Position numbers and translations under genes: made by a program. Shown in pieces: positions 9,989 through 20,128 of a stretch of 64,000 bases of DNA (within the stretch, counting starts at the first letter, position 1; every line of letters begins with the position of its first letter). This stretch comes from a virus. The notes beneath the pieces were generated by a model. The model did not search any database, was not told the DNA's origin, and was given only the letters and a program-made list of their open reading frames with translations. The stretch spans positions 13,688-77,687 of IMG/VR virus record IMGVR_UViG_3300015263_000597; one strand, 5' to 3'.

Positions 9989-10780
9989 TCACCGTCCGTT
10001 TTTCCAGAACTCGTGCATTAAGGTTAGTAAGTCGACATCACCCCACCCCACCCATACGGCAAACCCAGGCGACAATCTAGGGGGCCTTCCAGAGTGACAG
10101 TCAACAAACCCCGCAGTGATAAGGTGACAGGGGATATCACAAGCTTTCGCCATGCCATCGATTACGCGTCGAATGGCCCGACAATCATTACTGTCGAATG
10201 GCGCTTCTTCAGTTCGTAACATCTACCTATCCCCTAGCAATTGTCCGACATCTGGTGTGTACACTGTGAACGTGTCTCGCTCGTTAACTGGTGACATCGA
10301 AGGCGGGGCATTGCTCAGTGTTTGCACTCCAGCACATTCTCCGTCTGCCGTATACTTGAACACAGCCCAGAAATACGCAGGCTCAACAGCCTCATCCCTA
10401 GAGACGTGAAGAAACGGAGTAGGCTCCGCACTGTACACATACCCGTCTTCGAGTCCGTTAAGCTCTCTAGCAGCATCCAAAGCTCCTCGCCAGAAATCAA
10501 GGGCCTGATCTGGGATGCTGGCGTAGTCACGAATGAGACAGGCCCCCGACATGTCCTCAATCCACGTAGCCACTTCCTCACTCCAACGGTAGGAAAGAAC
10601 ACCAGGGCTAGACCAGCAATTGCAGTGGCCAGCACGTGGGCAACATCCGATACCTACGCGGAAGGCCGCAGTACTGGAGGTAGCACTAGCAGCACGAGTT
10701 GACGCCGTGCGGGTGCTTTTCTTTGCACGAGTGAAATCGAAGGTGTTGTCAGAGCGAACGGGCACAGTGTAGTAGTTCAT
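9989..10780 (-). other. Two hypothetical CDSs (10223-10780, 9989-10222)
   Basis: Abutting ORFs downstream of the sigma54 promoter at 10832-10847. Confidence 0.65.
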
Positions 10781-10831
10781 GTCTGCTTTTCCAGTCAGTT
10801 AGTGCCGTTTCCGGCGTGTACCAGTCTCTAT

Positions 10832-10847
10832 AGCAAACAGCGTGCCA
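10832..10847 (-). promoter_or_regulatory. sigma54 promoter (divergent pair, left)
   Basis: Minus strand TGGCACGCTGTTTGCT followed by ATAGAGACTGG, as in the sister promoters. Confidence 0.85.
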
Positions 10848-10942
10848 GGTGGTAGTTACGTCTTGTTTACGCCTAATGGTCGTCTGTAGAGGACGGTATG
10901 GGCCGTATGACGCCCTGTTTACGCCCTGTCCATGACTACGGA

Positions 10943-10987
10943 TCCAAAATACTGAATCCAAGAATCTGGATTCTCCAAGATTCTGAA
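10943..10987. promoter_or_regulatory. Triple-palindrome enhancer-like array C (between divergent promoters)
   Basis: TCCAAAATACTGAA / TCCAAGAATCTGGA / TCCAAGATTCTGAA. Confidence 0.8.
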
Positions 10988-11065
10988 TACTGCACATGCT
11001 ACTGATGTCAGCTCACACCAGCGAGGATTCAACGTCTGCGGGCAGTTTGATGCTACTCGTCCATG

Positions 11066-11081
11066 TGGCACGCGTCTTGCT
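11066..11081 (+). promoter_or_regulatory. sigma54 promoter (divergent pair, right)
   Basis: TGGCACGCGTCTTGCT. Confidence 0.85.
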
Positions 11082-11133
11082 AAGTAGTATGGTGGACGCG
11101 ACAAACAACCTTCAAAAGGAAAGTAGCCGACTC

Positions 11134-11733
11134 ATGACCACCACCGAACAGCAAACCGCCCGTCTCTGGTTTCTCAATAACGCCCGCGCCTACGTGGATG
11201 ACTGTGGAGAGGTCGACATCACGACCCTGTGCGAAGACTGGGCGGATCAAGCACGCGTCCGTATGGGCCGCAACGGGCTTGACAATGACCACCCTGCGCA
11301 TACCATCGCCATACAGGCTTGCGAGGACTTGGGGCTGGACACGCCATGACCAGAATCACCAGAATGGCGCAAGGGCTTGGTACGAGCGGCAGACGGGACG
11401 GGAGCCGGGACAATGACTACCCCTATTGCTAAAGAGCCTTGGATCTCTATCACGTACAGCGAAGAAGCTCAGGCTGACTTTGGGCGCCCATGGAGTACAG
11501 GCCGCCGTATGAACGTGCACCACGCGTTCGCTATTGGCGCACTGACAGAGACGCCCGAAGGAACCGTGTTCGCCGAAGCGTACGAGAGCAACGTTAAACC
11601 TGAGTACTTTGGCAAGGAATACCCACTGAGCACTATGAAGCGAGTGTTGATTACTACAGGCCGGGATACAGAGCCCACCGATGCAACAGGACAGAAATCG
11701 ATCTTAGACCTCGTTAAGGAGGGGACCCGATGA
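11134..11733 (+). other. Two hypothetical CDSs (11134-11349, ~11413-11733)
   Basis: ORFs with RBSs downstream of the sigma54 promoter. Confidence 0.65.
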
Positions 11734-11808
11734 GCCAGAAACCCCCTACTCGTAAAGGCGCTGCTGGGCAGTTCAGCTCCTTGAATCCAAGTTCCTGAAC
11801 TCTCCAAC

Positions 11809-12252
11809 ATGTACCACGTGGAGATGTTGATGGCAATGCTAACAGAATCAACGTGGATACGGGAAAACGTTAACGCCCCTTTAGGTGCGTGCAAAGAATC
11901 AAGTCACGCATTTGTAGAGGCGTTCCCGGACTACGAGGTAAGGTGCGGGTTTTTCCACTCGACACTTTGGGGTGCTAGACAGCATTGGTGGTGTCGACAC
12001 AAGATGACGGGAAAGATCGTTGATCCTACGGGTGAGCAGTTTCCAGACGGCGCCTTGTTTCCCTTGTCGGATGCCTACTATGAGGATCTCACGGACTTGT
12101 CAGAAGAGGAGCTACACAGCAAGGTCCCTACAGGAGTGTGTGCAGAATGCGGGGGGCCTGTCTTTAACCTAGACACGTTTTGCACAGCTAAATGCGCCGA
12201 GTTGTGCATCGGGGAGCTGAACCAGAGGTTAGCGTGCGATTCGGATTCTTGA
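11809..12252 (+). CDS. Transglutaminase/papain-like Cys-His-Asp protein with C-terminal Zn ribbon
   Basis: GAC...HWWC...IVDPTGEQF and CAECGG...FCTAKC. Confidence 0.5.
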   Translation: MYHVEMLMAMLTESTWIRENVNAPLGACKESSHAFVEAFPDYEVRCGFFHSTLWGARQHWWCRHKMTGKIVDPTGEQFPDGALFPLSDAYYEDLTDLSEEELHSKVPTGVCAECGGPVFNLDTFCTAKCAELCIGELNQRLACDSDS

Positions 12253-12284
12253 ATCCAAATTCCTGGATTCTCCAAGATTTTGAA
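12240..12284. promoter_or_regulatory. Triple-palindrome enhancer-like array D
   Basis: TTCGGATTCTTGAA / TCCAAATTCCTGGA / TCCAAGATTTTGAA. Confidence 0.8.
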
Positions 12285-12361
12285 GCTGTCTATGCTTCTC
12301 AATAGGCCCTGAACCAACAAGGAATCAACGTATAGGGCCTATCCTAGGCTACTCCCACATC

Positions 12362-12377
12362 TGGCACGGACCTTGCT
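12362..12377 (+). promoter_or_regulatory. sigma54 promoter
   Basis: TGGCACGGACCTTGCT followed by ATGTAGACTGG. Confidence 0.88.
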
Positions 12378-12427
12378 ATGTAGACTGGTGTACGCGACAA
12401 ACACCAACGCACACAGGAAAGACTACC

Positions 12428-13045
12428 ATGACCATCGAAACCGCCAGCACCTACACCCTCGACGCCGCTAACCTCCTGCACGACGCTGCCGGACGCTTCG
12501 CCAGCCGCGCTACCCGTCAGGACTGGGACGCTACCTTGGTTCAGGCCGCTCAAGCCCTCAATAGCTGGATCGTGGTCTGTGGCTGCAAGCTTGGGCTCGC
12601 TTGGGCGCAGATGGAAGCCTGCAAGACTTTGGCTCTCACCACGACGGTCCCTCTTCACACGACGCTGACCAACCCCGAGACAGGGGAGTCTGAGAGCGTT
12701 CCGGTCGGTGAGGTCTCCACCTTCGTCCCCTGGCTGCCCTCCTCCTGGGTTGGCGCGATCACCTGGGAATCGACTGACCTCTACCCCGAGATCGGCACCG
12801 TCACGGTCTACGGCAAGGCTGGTAATCAGATCTACCGGCGGGAAGGTCAGACACTGGCCACGCTCCTGTCCATCCTTCGCGCCGATGTCACCGCCAAGTC
12901 GACCAGCAAACGCAGCATCGGTGCCACGGTCCTCCACTACTTTGGTCGGAAGGCCCAACCGAAGAAGTCTAGCGCTGTCGCCGCTTACGACCCCTTCGTC
13001 CGCAACGTGGTCGTCAACGGTCAGATGCTGACTGCCAGCCTCTAG
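12428..13045 (+). CDS. Hypothetical early protein
   Basis: 205 aa, AGGA RBS, strongly C/G-ending codons. Confidence 0.8.
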   Translation: MTIETASTYTLDAANLLHDAAGRFASRATRQDWDATLVQAAQALNSWIVVCGCKLGLAWAQMEACKTLALTTTVPLHTTLTNPETGESESVPVGEVSTFVPWLPSSWVGAITWESTDLYPEIGTVTVYGKAGNQIYRREGQTLATLLSILRADVTAKSTSKRSIGATVLHYFGRKAQPKKSSAVAAYDPFVRNVVVNGQMLTASL

Positions 13046-13074
13046 GCTGGTAGAGCGCTCACGAGGATACAGCA

Positions 13075-14751
13075 ATGAAGATCAAACGCATGTGGGAAGC
13101 AGTCTACGCCAACGATCGTCGTAAGCACCGCCACCGCTGCCGTATCTGTGAGAAGATCTGCAAGGTTGGCGACCTCGTCATTATGTGGCGTTCGGGACGG
13201 TCGACCTACGCAGCACACACAGAATGTGTCGCCAGTCCCCATCCGGACTCAACAGAACAAGAGCCCTGGACATGGACAGACTCTATCCGTAGCTGGTCTC
13301 ACACAACCTAGTGACCATCGTCAAACCTACAAAGGAGAGAACCATGACGTCTGCATCTCCCAGCCGCTTCCTGCCTCTTGCCCCGCATAAGACCTCTGTA
13401 TATCGTGACAGAGCTGCGGTCTTCGTCGTTGAATACCACAATGGAGAGAGCTTCGTATTTGGCATCTTTGACAAAGATGGAGTCGCCACGTACGACGACG
13501 GACGGAATGATGGTACCGTTATCGGCTACTCCGTGATGCCCTCGTTGGCTAGCGTTGTCAACGCACTGCAAAATGAGGGGGGATAAAGCAGAGCACGCAC
13601 ATACACCTCAAAAAGAAAGCATCCCAGTGCACCACCAACCCATAACACAGCGCCTCCACACTTTGAACACCCCAGTCCTATCCTTACCCGCTGTTGATTT
13701 CATCACGCGGACCGCCGCAACCTCACAGACCTCAACAGCGGGGATTTTCGCTGCCGGATTTCTTGCAGGGCGAGAATTTGGCCTGGTCACTCCGTATGAA
13801 GTTTCGATAATGTACCCCTGTTTGGAACCTGGACAAGTCGACGTCTTCTGTAACGGTGCGAACGACGGAAACGAAGGAGACCTATTCCGGCTCAGATAGC
13901 AATTGCAGCTGCCAGCCTCTAATCCCGCACTGAACAGGAGATAGACCATGACTCGCTTAGATACGATTGTCATAACAACTTGCGAGAGCCCGAAAGACTT
14001 CGTCCAGCAGTACCACACCCACGTTGGAAACTCTTTCGACCTCCAAGCGATGATTCCGTCATACCAGGAGGACTTTGAACGGTTCGGTATCTGCTGGATG
14101 GACCCGCACGGTTCAAGACTTCGCCGCTTCATGGTGTGGTGTCCAAAGGGCCGAGACTTTGCGGAAAAGCTCATCCAGGACTCAATCGATAGATTTGGCT
14201 ATCTTCTCCCTTTGGAAGGGTAAAGAGGGGAATACCACTCATGCTGCGTAGACCAGGAGTTACCCGATGAACACACCCTTGTTTGAGGAAAGGGAGTCCC
14301 ATGAATAAACAGATGTGGTTACTAATAGCTAACCGAGTTGAACTTGCACATAGGGAAATTGCGGAGAACATGCACAAAGACCCCCGGGGGCTGGCTAACG
14401 AGGCCCATCTGTTGCTAATGACTGACATTGCTATTAGCTGCCGTGAGATACTTAAGGAGCTACGCAATGTAAATACCACTATCAACAGGAAGAGCGTGAA
14501 TGAATACCCCTGACACTCGTGCATACTTCTCGTATACAACGCCAGGTAACGGTGATACATTGCACATCGATGGACACCACGATCACTTTCATCTGGTATT
14601 GTCAGTTCACACGAACGATACGGAAGGGCTAGAGCCCGGCTTTGCTAACATTTGCTTTAACCTCAAGACTGTCATAGAGATCCATAAAGTACTTGGTGAG
14701 CACATCGCATGTGCTGCGCTGACGATGCAGGAGCTACAGACAGAATCGTAG
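13075..14751 (+). other. Small hypothetical CDSs (13075-13311 Zn-finger-like, 13344-13586, 13948-14223, 14301-14513, 14500-14751)
   Basis: Co-oriented ORFs with GGAG RBSs. Confidence 0.65.
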
Positions 14752-14895
14752 GTCAGTCGCAGGCATTTTGTGTACTGACGAAGTAAGCAACCTGCGGCAA
14801 GCGCGCAATACTGCAAAGCAGTATTCATCTCAAGGCGATATGTGGTCTGCTGTGCTTTCTCTCCCTTGTAACAACGTCGTTAGTCACTACAGCCA

Positions 14896-14911
14896 TGGCA
14901 AGCTTGTTGCA
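14896..14911 (+). promoter_or_regulatory. sigma54 promoter without the triple array
   Basis: TGGCAAGCTTGTTGCA (GG-N10-GC) 23 nt before ORF 14935-15171; a different IR (AATACTGC-AAA-GCAGTATT) lies upstream. Confidence 0.6.
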
Positions 14912-15232
14912 ACCCAACACACTAAGGAAAACCAATGACAGCCTATAGCACACAACACCATTCACCCGCTGGTACTCGTTTCGATTTCCACCTACCTGTC
15001 ATCATCACCCCGGTAGCAGAGATCCCACTGGCCGCTACTTACCAACGCCGCGCGCGGCAAGAGCGGGTTAAGCGTGTCCGGCAAGGCATGCTAGATCAGC
15101 TGCACGAAAGCTGCGTTCACAGTCGCAGCGTGTACCTGATCAACAGCGGAGAGCAGGGACATCGCATATAGTCCTGCGAAATGCTCTAAACGGGCTTGCA
15201 GAGAGCACAGAGCAGCAAAAGCGAAAGATCCC

Positions 15233-15261
15233 TTGACATCCGCTGTTGACACACGTATACT
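15233..15261 (+). promoter_or_regulatory. sigma70 promoter
   Basis: TTGACA-N17-TATACT upstream of a 59-aa ORF (15286-15465) with AAAGGAG RBS. Confidence 0.85.
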
Positions 15262-15778
15262 ACAAATCGAACAAAGGAGCACAGTATGTACGAGACCCCC
15301 TACGGCATCTACATCCATGGCTCATTGTGGCATAAGTTTCTAGTACCACACGACAGGCTTGAACATCCTGGCAAGGTCAACTCCCGTGCTGCACAGATAG
15401 CTGCTCGGATCGTAGGTGACCACGGGCCAAGCAAGTACAAAGTGTGCCGTATACCTCAAGCGTAGGCAAGCACAGCTGTCACAATACAAAGGAGGCATCA
15501 TGCCACCGGGTTAGCGTAAGACCGTGCAAGCTTGATAGGAAGCTGACCGTACCTACGACAACGGTCCTAGCTTGACGGGTAGAAGGGTACATCTTAGCAC
15601 CGAGATGGATTGCCCACAGTGTGAAATGGATATCATCCAATGGTGTAGTGCCTACGATCTGCTAGACATGTGGTTAACTAGCAGGGAGGATAACTGGGAG
15701 TCAGGTACTAATGGAACGTCCTGGCTAAGCTAGCAAGCGGCGGGAAGGCTAGCGTGTAATCTACATAAGGAGAGCACC

Positions 15779-15985
15779 ATGTCTCGCACATATCGCCCTG
15801 GTAAACGGATCGTCACTGTCAAGTTCCCGTTGGCGCAAGCGTTACTGCCTGGTGATCGCCAGTTTACCGACTCGTTCCCTGTAGGATGGTTCCGTGGCAC
15901 CACGGAAGAAAAACGCGTATGGCGCAAGCAACGTAACGTGCGTTCTCGGCGCATGGCGAAGAAAGAAGCACAGTACGCTGAGTAG
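15779..15985 (+). CDS. Small basic hypothetical protein
   Basis: AAGGAG RBS; MSRTYR...Arg/Lys-rich. Confidence 0.7.
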   Translation: MSRTYRPGKRIVTVKFPLAQALLPGDRQFTDSFPVGWFRGTTEEKRVWRKQRNVRSRRMAKKEAQYAE

Positions 15986-16386
15986 CTTGTAGCCTTAAGG
16001 AAGTAGCGCTCAACACGAACCAAGATAGCGTTAAATGCCCTCAAACAGCTTACACACGTGTAGACTTTCCTAGCGGGTTGCTTCACTCGACAGACACACA
16101 CACAAGGCTTTACACGTGTGAGGAGTCATTGCGCTGTATGTGTGTCATGAGCCGGCTGGCCCCCGAGATAGGGCCGTTTAGCGCGTTACATGCTTAGGAG
16201 ATAGCGATGACAGAAAAAGAACTTTCGGCCGTTACCGAGTCTGAACTGAGCAGCGGAGACGTGCAGCTGTCGTTGCATCTCCGTGCGCATGGGATCAAAG
16301 TGCCAATAACTGTACTTCTGTCATACTTGGAAAAGAACAACATACGGCATATAAAGTAACGAATACTTAGTAAAGGAGTAATCGCC

Positions 16387-17241
16387 GTGATAACCGACCT
16401 AACCAGCTGGGACTCTAGCACCCTGTCTATATCGGCCTTACACCACTGTGCAAAGCATGCAGCTGGTGTGTATGACCCAACCGCGTACATCAAACTAGCC
16501 ATATCACTAGGCTACAACGACGCCACGGTACTCAAGGACACTAACGCGCAAGCCGCCCTAGCTTGGTCAGATCGCATCATCACAGTGTCCATATGTGGCT
16601 CAAATGACATCCGCGACTGGACGGGTAATCTGCTATCCTGGGTAAAGGTACGCTGGAAAGCAAACAGCTCGACGACTGCTTACTACACTGGACTAGGTGG
16701 CAAGATAGGTTACGGGTTCCGTAATAACGCTAACCGCATATGCCCACATGTGCTATCGCATGTTCGTGCGCTACTCACTGAATACCCAGAGGCTGCCGTA
16801 TACATCACAGGTCATTCGCTCGGGGCAAGTATAGCCCCACTAGTCGCTTTGTATCTCCGTGACTACAGTGTTACCATACCAGTAACTGTCGTGATGATAG
16901 AAGCCCCCAGGGTAGGTAATGAAGCCTTCGCTCAGCACTACGCGATGTCCAACATACCTACCTGGTCTGTGGTCAACGCTACCAACGGCGTGCCTGACAT
17001 CGTCACCCGAGTGCCAAAACGCTCCTGGGGGTTTAGACACGTTGGCCGCCGTGTGATACTCGATAACGGTACAGTATTCGCTAGCGAACAATGCTGGCAG
17101 CAGTACCGAGCGGCTAATCCATACAGTAGTACCCTGGCCACATGGCGACTAGTGAGCCGTGTGATAGAACGCGTACGGCAGTCCGTACAGGCTCATTACG
17201 CAAAGCTGGTACTGGAAGCTTTTGAAAGGATTGACCAATGA
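16387..17241 (+). CDS. Class 3 lipase / alpha-beta hydrolase
   Basis: VYITGHSLGASIA nucleophile elbow, PRVGN, DIVTRVP, GFRHVG. Confidence 0.9.
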   Translation: MITDLTSWDSSTLSISALHHCAKHAAGVYDPTAYIKLAISLGYNDATVLKDTNAQAALAWSDRIITVSICGSNDIRDWTGNLLSWVKVRWKANSSTTAYYTGLGGKIGYGFRNNANRICPHVLSHVRALLTEYPEAAVYITGHSLGASIAPLVALYLRDYSVTIPVTVVMIEAPRVGNEAFAQHYAMSNIPTWSVVNATNGVPDIVTRVPKRSWGFRHVGRRVILDNGTVFASEQCWQQYRAANPYSSTLATWRLVSRVIERVRQSVQAHYAKLVLEAFERIDQ

Positions 17242-17648
17242 GCACGTTGCAAGCAACACTTGCCCGTCAAGAATGGCTGCCAGACGGCACCTTTGGCCTA
17301 CTTTACTGGAATGGTCAAGCTAGCCCCGTGTTCACTGTCGAACGTGAGTGGAGGGAAAATAGGCTAAACGAATCTTGCATACCACCAGGCGAATACATAT
17401 GCATACCACGTCAGTACTACGCCGGTAACTACCCAGCTACAGAAGTCACTGGCGTACCCGGACGCAGTAACATCCTGTTCCATCGTGCCAACTGGCCGTG
17501 GGAACTAAACGGGTGCATTGCAATAGGTACATATCCTGCGTACCACCCGGAAAATAGCAGGCGCGGTGTTCTACACAGTCTTCTTGCATGGCAAAGGTTT
17601 GCGCAAGCTGGCTTTATAGGCAGTGAATGGGTGCTGACTATTACGTAG
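17238..17648 (+). CDS. DUF5675-family protein (L,D-transpeptidase-like, possible lysin)
   Basis: TFG.L...FTVE..W..N....SCIPPGEY...VPGRSNILFH.AN...L.GCIAIG. Confidence 0.8.
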   Translation: MSTLQATLARQEWLPDGTFGLLYWNGQASPVFTVEREWRENRLNESCIPPGEYICIPRQYYAGNYPATEVTGVPGRSNILFHRANWPWELNGCIAIGTYPAYHPENSRRGVLHSLLAWQRFAQAGFIGSEWVLTIT

Positions 17649-17680
17649 TGCTGCTAGCTGGAGCACGGTATAGCACACAT

Positions 17681-18847
17681 CTATTTGTCTAGCTGAAGCG
17701 GCGAGTCTGCCGGTTCCGTCACCCATGTCTTCGGCAGTACACGCATCCCGCGGACGTCCTGCGTGCCGTCGTCCCGCACGGCAGACTTCTCGAAGACGAG
17801 GACTGAGTCCTTGCTGAAGTGAACCGTCACGTGGCTCACATCCGCATGCGTCTCCAGCCGGACGGTTCCGACGTTCTCCACCGTGCCCCCGTCCAGGTCC
17901 GGCCTGAGCTTCGTCATCGTCCATTGCGCCTGATCCGACGCTAGCCGCCGCAAGAGGTAGAGAGGGCCGTCATTGGCGTCAGCGTAGAGGCCATAGGGCA
18001 TGGACTGACCTTCAGCTTCAATCGTATTGAACACCGCGAAACGTTGACGACCAAGGTCAATCACCGGCAGGCTTACATCGTCCCCAGGGAGGCCATTAAG
18101 GTATTGCGGCCGACCGCGTTTCTGCATATCGTAAACGAATAGCGCTGGGAACCCTGCCCCCATGTCTAGATAGTAGACCTGCTGTCTCATTGCTGCAACG
18201 TAGGGTAGTCCAAGGAGATAGTAGTCAAATTTCTCCGACGTCTCGACGATATCACCTTTCATGGTTCTGGCAAAGGTATTGCCGGGTGCATGGAGCTGGA
18301 AGGTAAAAAATCCGAACTCGAATGTGTCGGAGTCATTGCTGATGTTACGTCTGCTGCGGTTAATGGCACCGTACGCGAATACATAGTCTCCGGCGACGAC
18401 CCAGTTGTAAAGAACCAGCACCCGATCCTCAATCGGATCGGTGTTCTCCGGCGCAATGAAGCGCGCTGTGCCGCGATACTCCAGGTTGGAACCAAACCAG
18501 TTGACTCGTTGAGGCAGGCCGGACGCGCGATGGACGGCGACCTGTACATAGCCTGTGCTCGCTAGCTTCACTTCCAAGAGCGGAGTTAGTCCAGTTGGAT
18601 CCAATTCCCTAAACGGCAGTCTCTTAGCTGAGATAGCTCGATCAGCAGAAGGACGCTCAAACATGACGATACGTGCACTGATGCTATCGATGACGATGAG
18701 GTCCGAACCCATTTCAATAACAGATTTGACGGACTTCAGACCCAAGTGGTCGAGAGGAACCCATGCGCCCTGTTCAGGAGCTGTCCAAGCAGGAGGCACC
18801 ACAAGCAGCGCCATTAGCAGACAGAGATTGATTCGTGTTGCTATCAT
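17681..18847 (-). CDS. Secreted, host-like beta-rich protein (moron)
   Basis: Signal peptide MIATRINLCLLMALLVVPPAWTA; AGGAAGG RBS; codon usage looks bacterial rather than like its neighbours. Confidence 0.7.
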   Translation of the reverse strand: MIATRINLCLLMALLVVPPAWTAPEQGAWVPLDHLGLKSVKSVIEMGSDLIVIDSISARIVMFERPSADRAISAKRLPFRELDPTGLTPLLEVKLASTGYVQVAVHRASGLPQRVNWFGSNLEYRGTARFIAPENTDPIEDRVLVLYNWVVAGDYVFAYGAINRSRRNISNDSDTFEFGFFTFQLHAPGNTFARTMKGDIVETSEKFDYYLLGLPYVAAMRQQVYYLDMGAGFPALFVYDMQKRGRPQYLNGLPGDDVSLPVIDLGRQRFAVFNTIEAEGQSMPYGLYADANDGPLYLLRRLASDQAQWTMTKLRPDLDGGTVENVGTVRLETHADVSHVTVHFSKDSVLVFEKSAVRDDGTQDVRGMRVLPKTWVTEPADSPLQLDK

Positions 18848-18971
18848 CTGTGGGATTTCCTTCCTGTTACTCAATAACCGCGATGCTGCTAGCCAGCTCG
18901 TGGTTAATGATTCGCCACGTTTGGCAGGTTATTGCCTGTATTACTAGCCAGCAGCATGGCTAGTAATACTA

Positions 18972-19583
18972 TTAGAACGGCAAGCCGTCAAGAAAGATAT
19001 CCGGTGTGCTGCTGCGAATCGTTGCCCCAGTGCACAGTACTTCCTCCCGCTTCCTCCACACACCGTCTACATACTCCCACTGGTCAGTCACTGTCCCGTT
19101 ACACACTGGACAATTAGTACCCTCGCACCGCCTACACTCTGGACCATGTAACTCATCTATACTCTTATGCGAGATGATCGCCTTGTACCTGGTACCCCTA
19201 ATAACCGGCGGGTGATCTGTGTCGTATTCTACGAATCGTCCATCCGGCCCACGGCAGCCGGCTAGTGTTTGCAAGTAAGCGTGCTCGCGTCCGTGGTGCG
19301 ATGCGTGTACTACGGTTAGGTTAGGCAACACGTCGTGGTATACTACCAGGTCCTCATGATGTACATGCTCACCGGTAAGCAATCTGCGTCCTAGAGTGTA
19401 ATTTACCGTGAGTATATAACGGTACTGCCAGCCTCCAGTGTTAGCGTACTCGTGAGACGTGCCTAGGGTTACTCTAACCCTACCGCGTCTGTCTGCCCTT
19501 TCTACACCGAACGACTGCGATGTGGGGTGTTCACGTAGCCAGGGACGGTTGGTACATCCAGGTACCAAGTACTCGTCAGTCAC
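18972..19583 (-). CDS. HNH endonuclease-like protein
   Basis: H.YAN..G.QY.Y......LGR.L..GEHVHH.D....D...NL.V....H...H. Confidence 0.7.
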   Translation of the reverse strand: MTDEYLVPGCTNRPWLREHPTSQSFGVERADRRGRVRVTLGTSHEYANTGGWQYRYILTVNYTLGRRLLTGEHVHHEDLVVYHDVLPNLTVVHASHHGREHAYLQTLAGCRGPDGRFVEYDTDHPPVIRGTRYKAIISHKSIDELHGPECRRCEGTNCPVCNGTVTDQWEYVDGVWRKREEVLCTGATIRSSTPDIFLDGLPF

Positions 19584-20128
19584 TACTTCGCCCTTGAGTC
19601 AAGTTCCTTCTGTCTAGTCTTTGCTAGCAAACTAGCTTGCCAAATGTGCACACCAACGGCTTTTTCTATCTCTCTAAACGAAAACCCACGCTGACGCATA
19701 CGCAGAATCGTGTGGCTTTTCGCACGCCGTCTTAGTGAGCATCTATTGAACTTTACATTACGCCGTTCCAGCCAGTCTTTGGAGTACCATTTCACAGATC
19801 TCCCTATCAGCGCCTTGTACTCGCGTAGAGAAAGAAGCTCCACTACCCAGCGTTCTTCATCGGCAAGAATGGTCTTGTTGAACGGCCCTCTCCAACGACC
19901 TCTACGTAACCCCAGGGCCTTTTCTACTTGTTGTACGTACTGTCTTGATGTGACCAGCCTATCTGCTACTTCCTGTAGTGTGGGCCGTGGGTGATGATAA
20001 AACTGCTCCAAGATGTATTGCCTACGTACTGCACTTGCGTGCCTGTTGTACGGGGCGTACACTGTACAGTTTTCTTTCAATGTGTCGCTCATATGCGCGC
20101 CTTTATCATGCCGTCCTAGTCGTTCCAC
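19583..20128 (-). CDS. HTH DNA-binding protein
   Basis: PTLQEVADRLVTSRQYVQQVEK and RQRGFSFREIEKAVGV; true start may be ~20092. Confidence 0.6.
   Translation of the reverse strand: MERLGRHDKGAHMSDTLKENCTVYAPYNRHASAVRRQYILEQFYHHPRPTLQEVADRLVTSRQYVQQVEKALGLRRGRWRGPFNKTILADEERWVVELLSLREYKALIGRSVKWYSKDWLERRNVKFNRCSLRRRAKSHTILRMRQRGFSFREIEKAVGVHIWQASLLAKTRQKELDSRAK

Noticed and set aside
18922-18936. TGGCAGGTTATTGC as a sigma54 promoter
   Set aside because: GG-GC spacing is 9 rather than 10, and it points against the local genes
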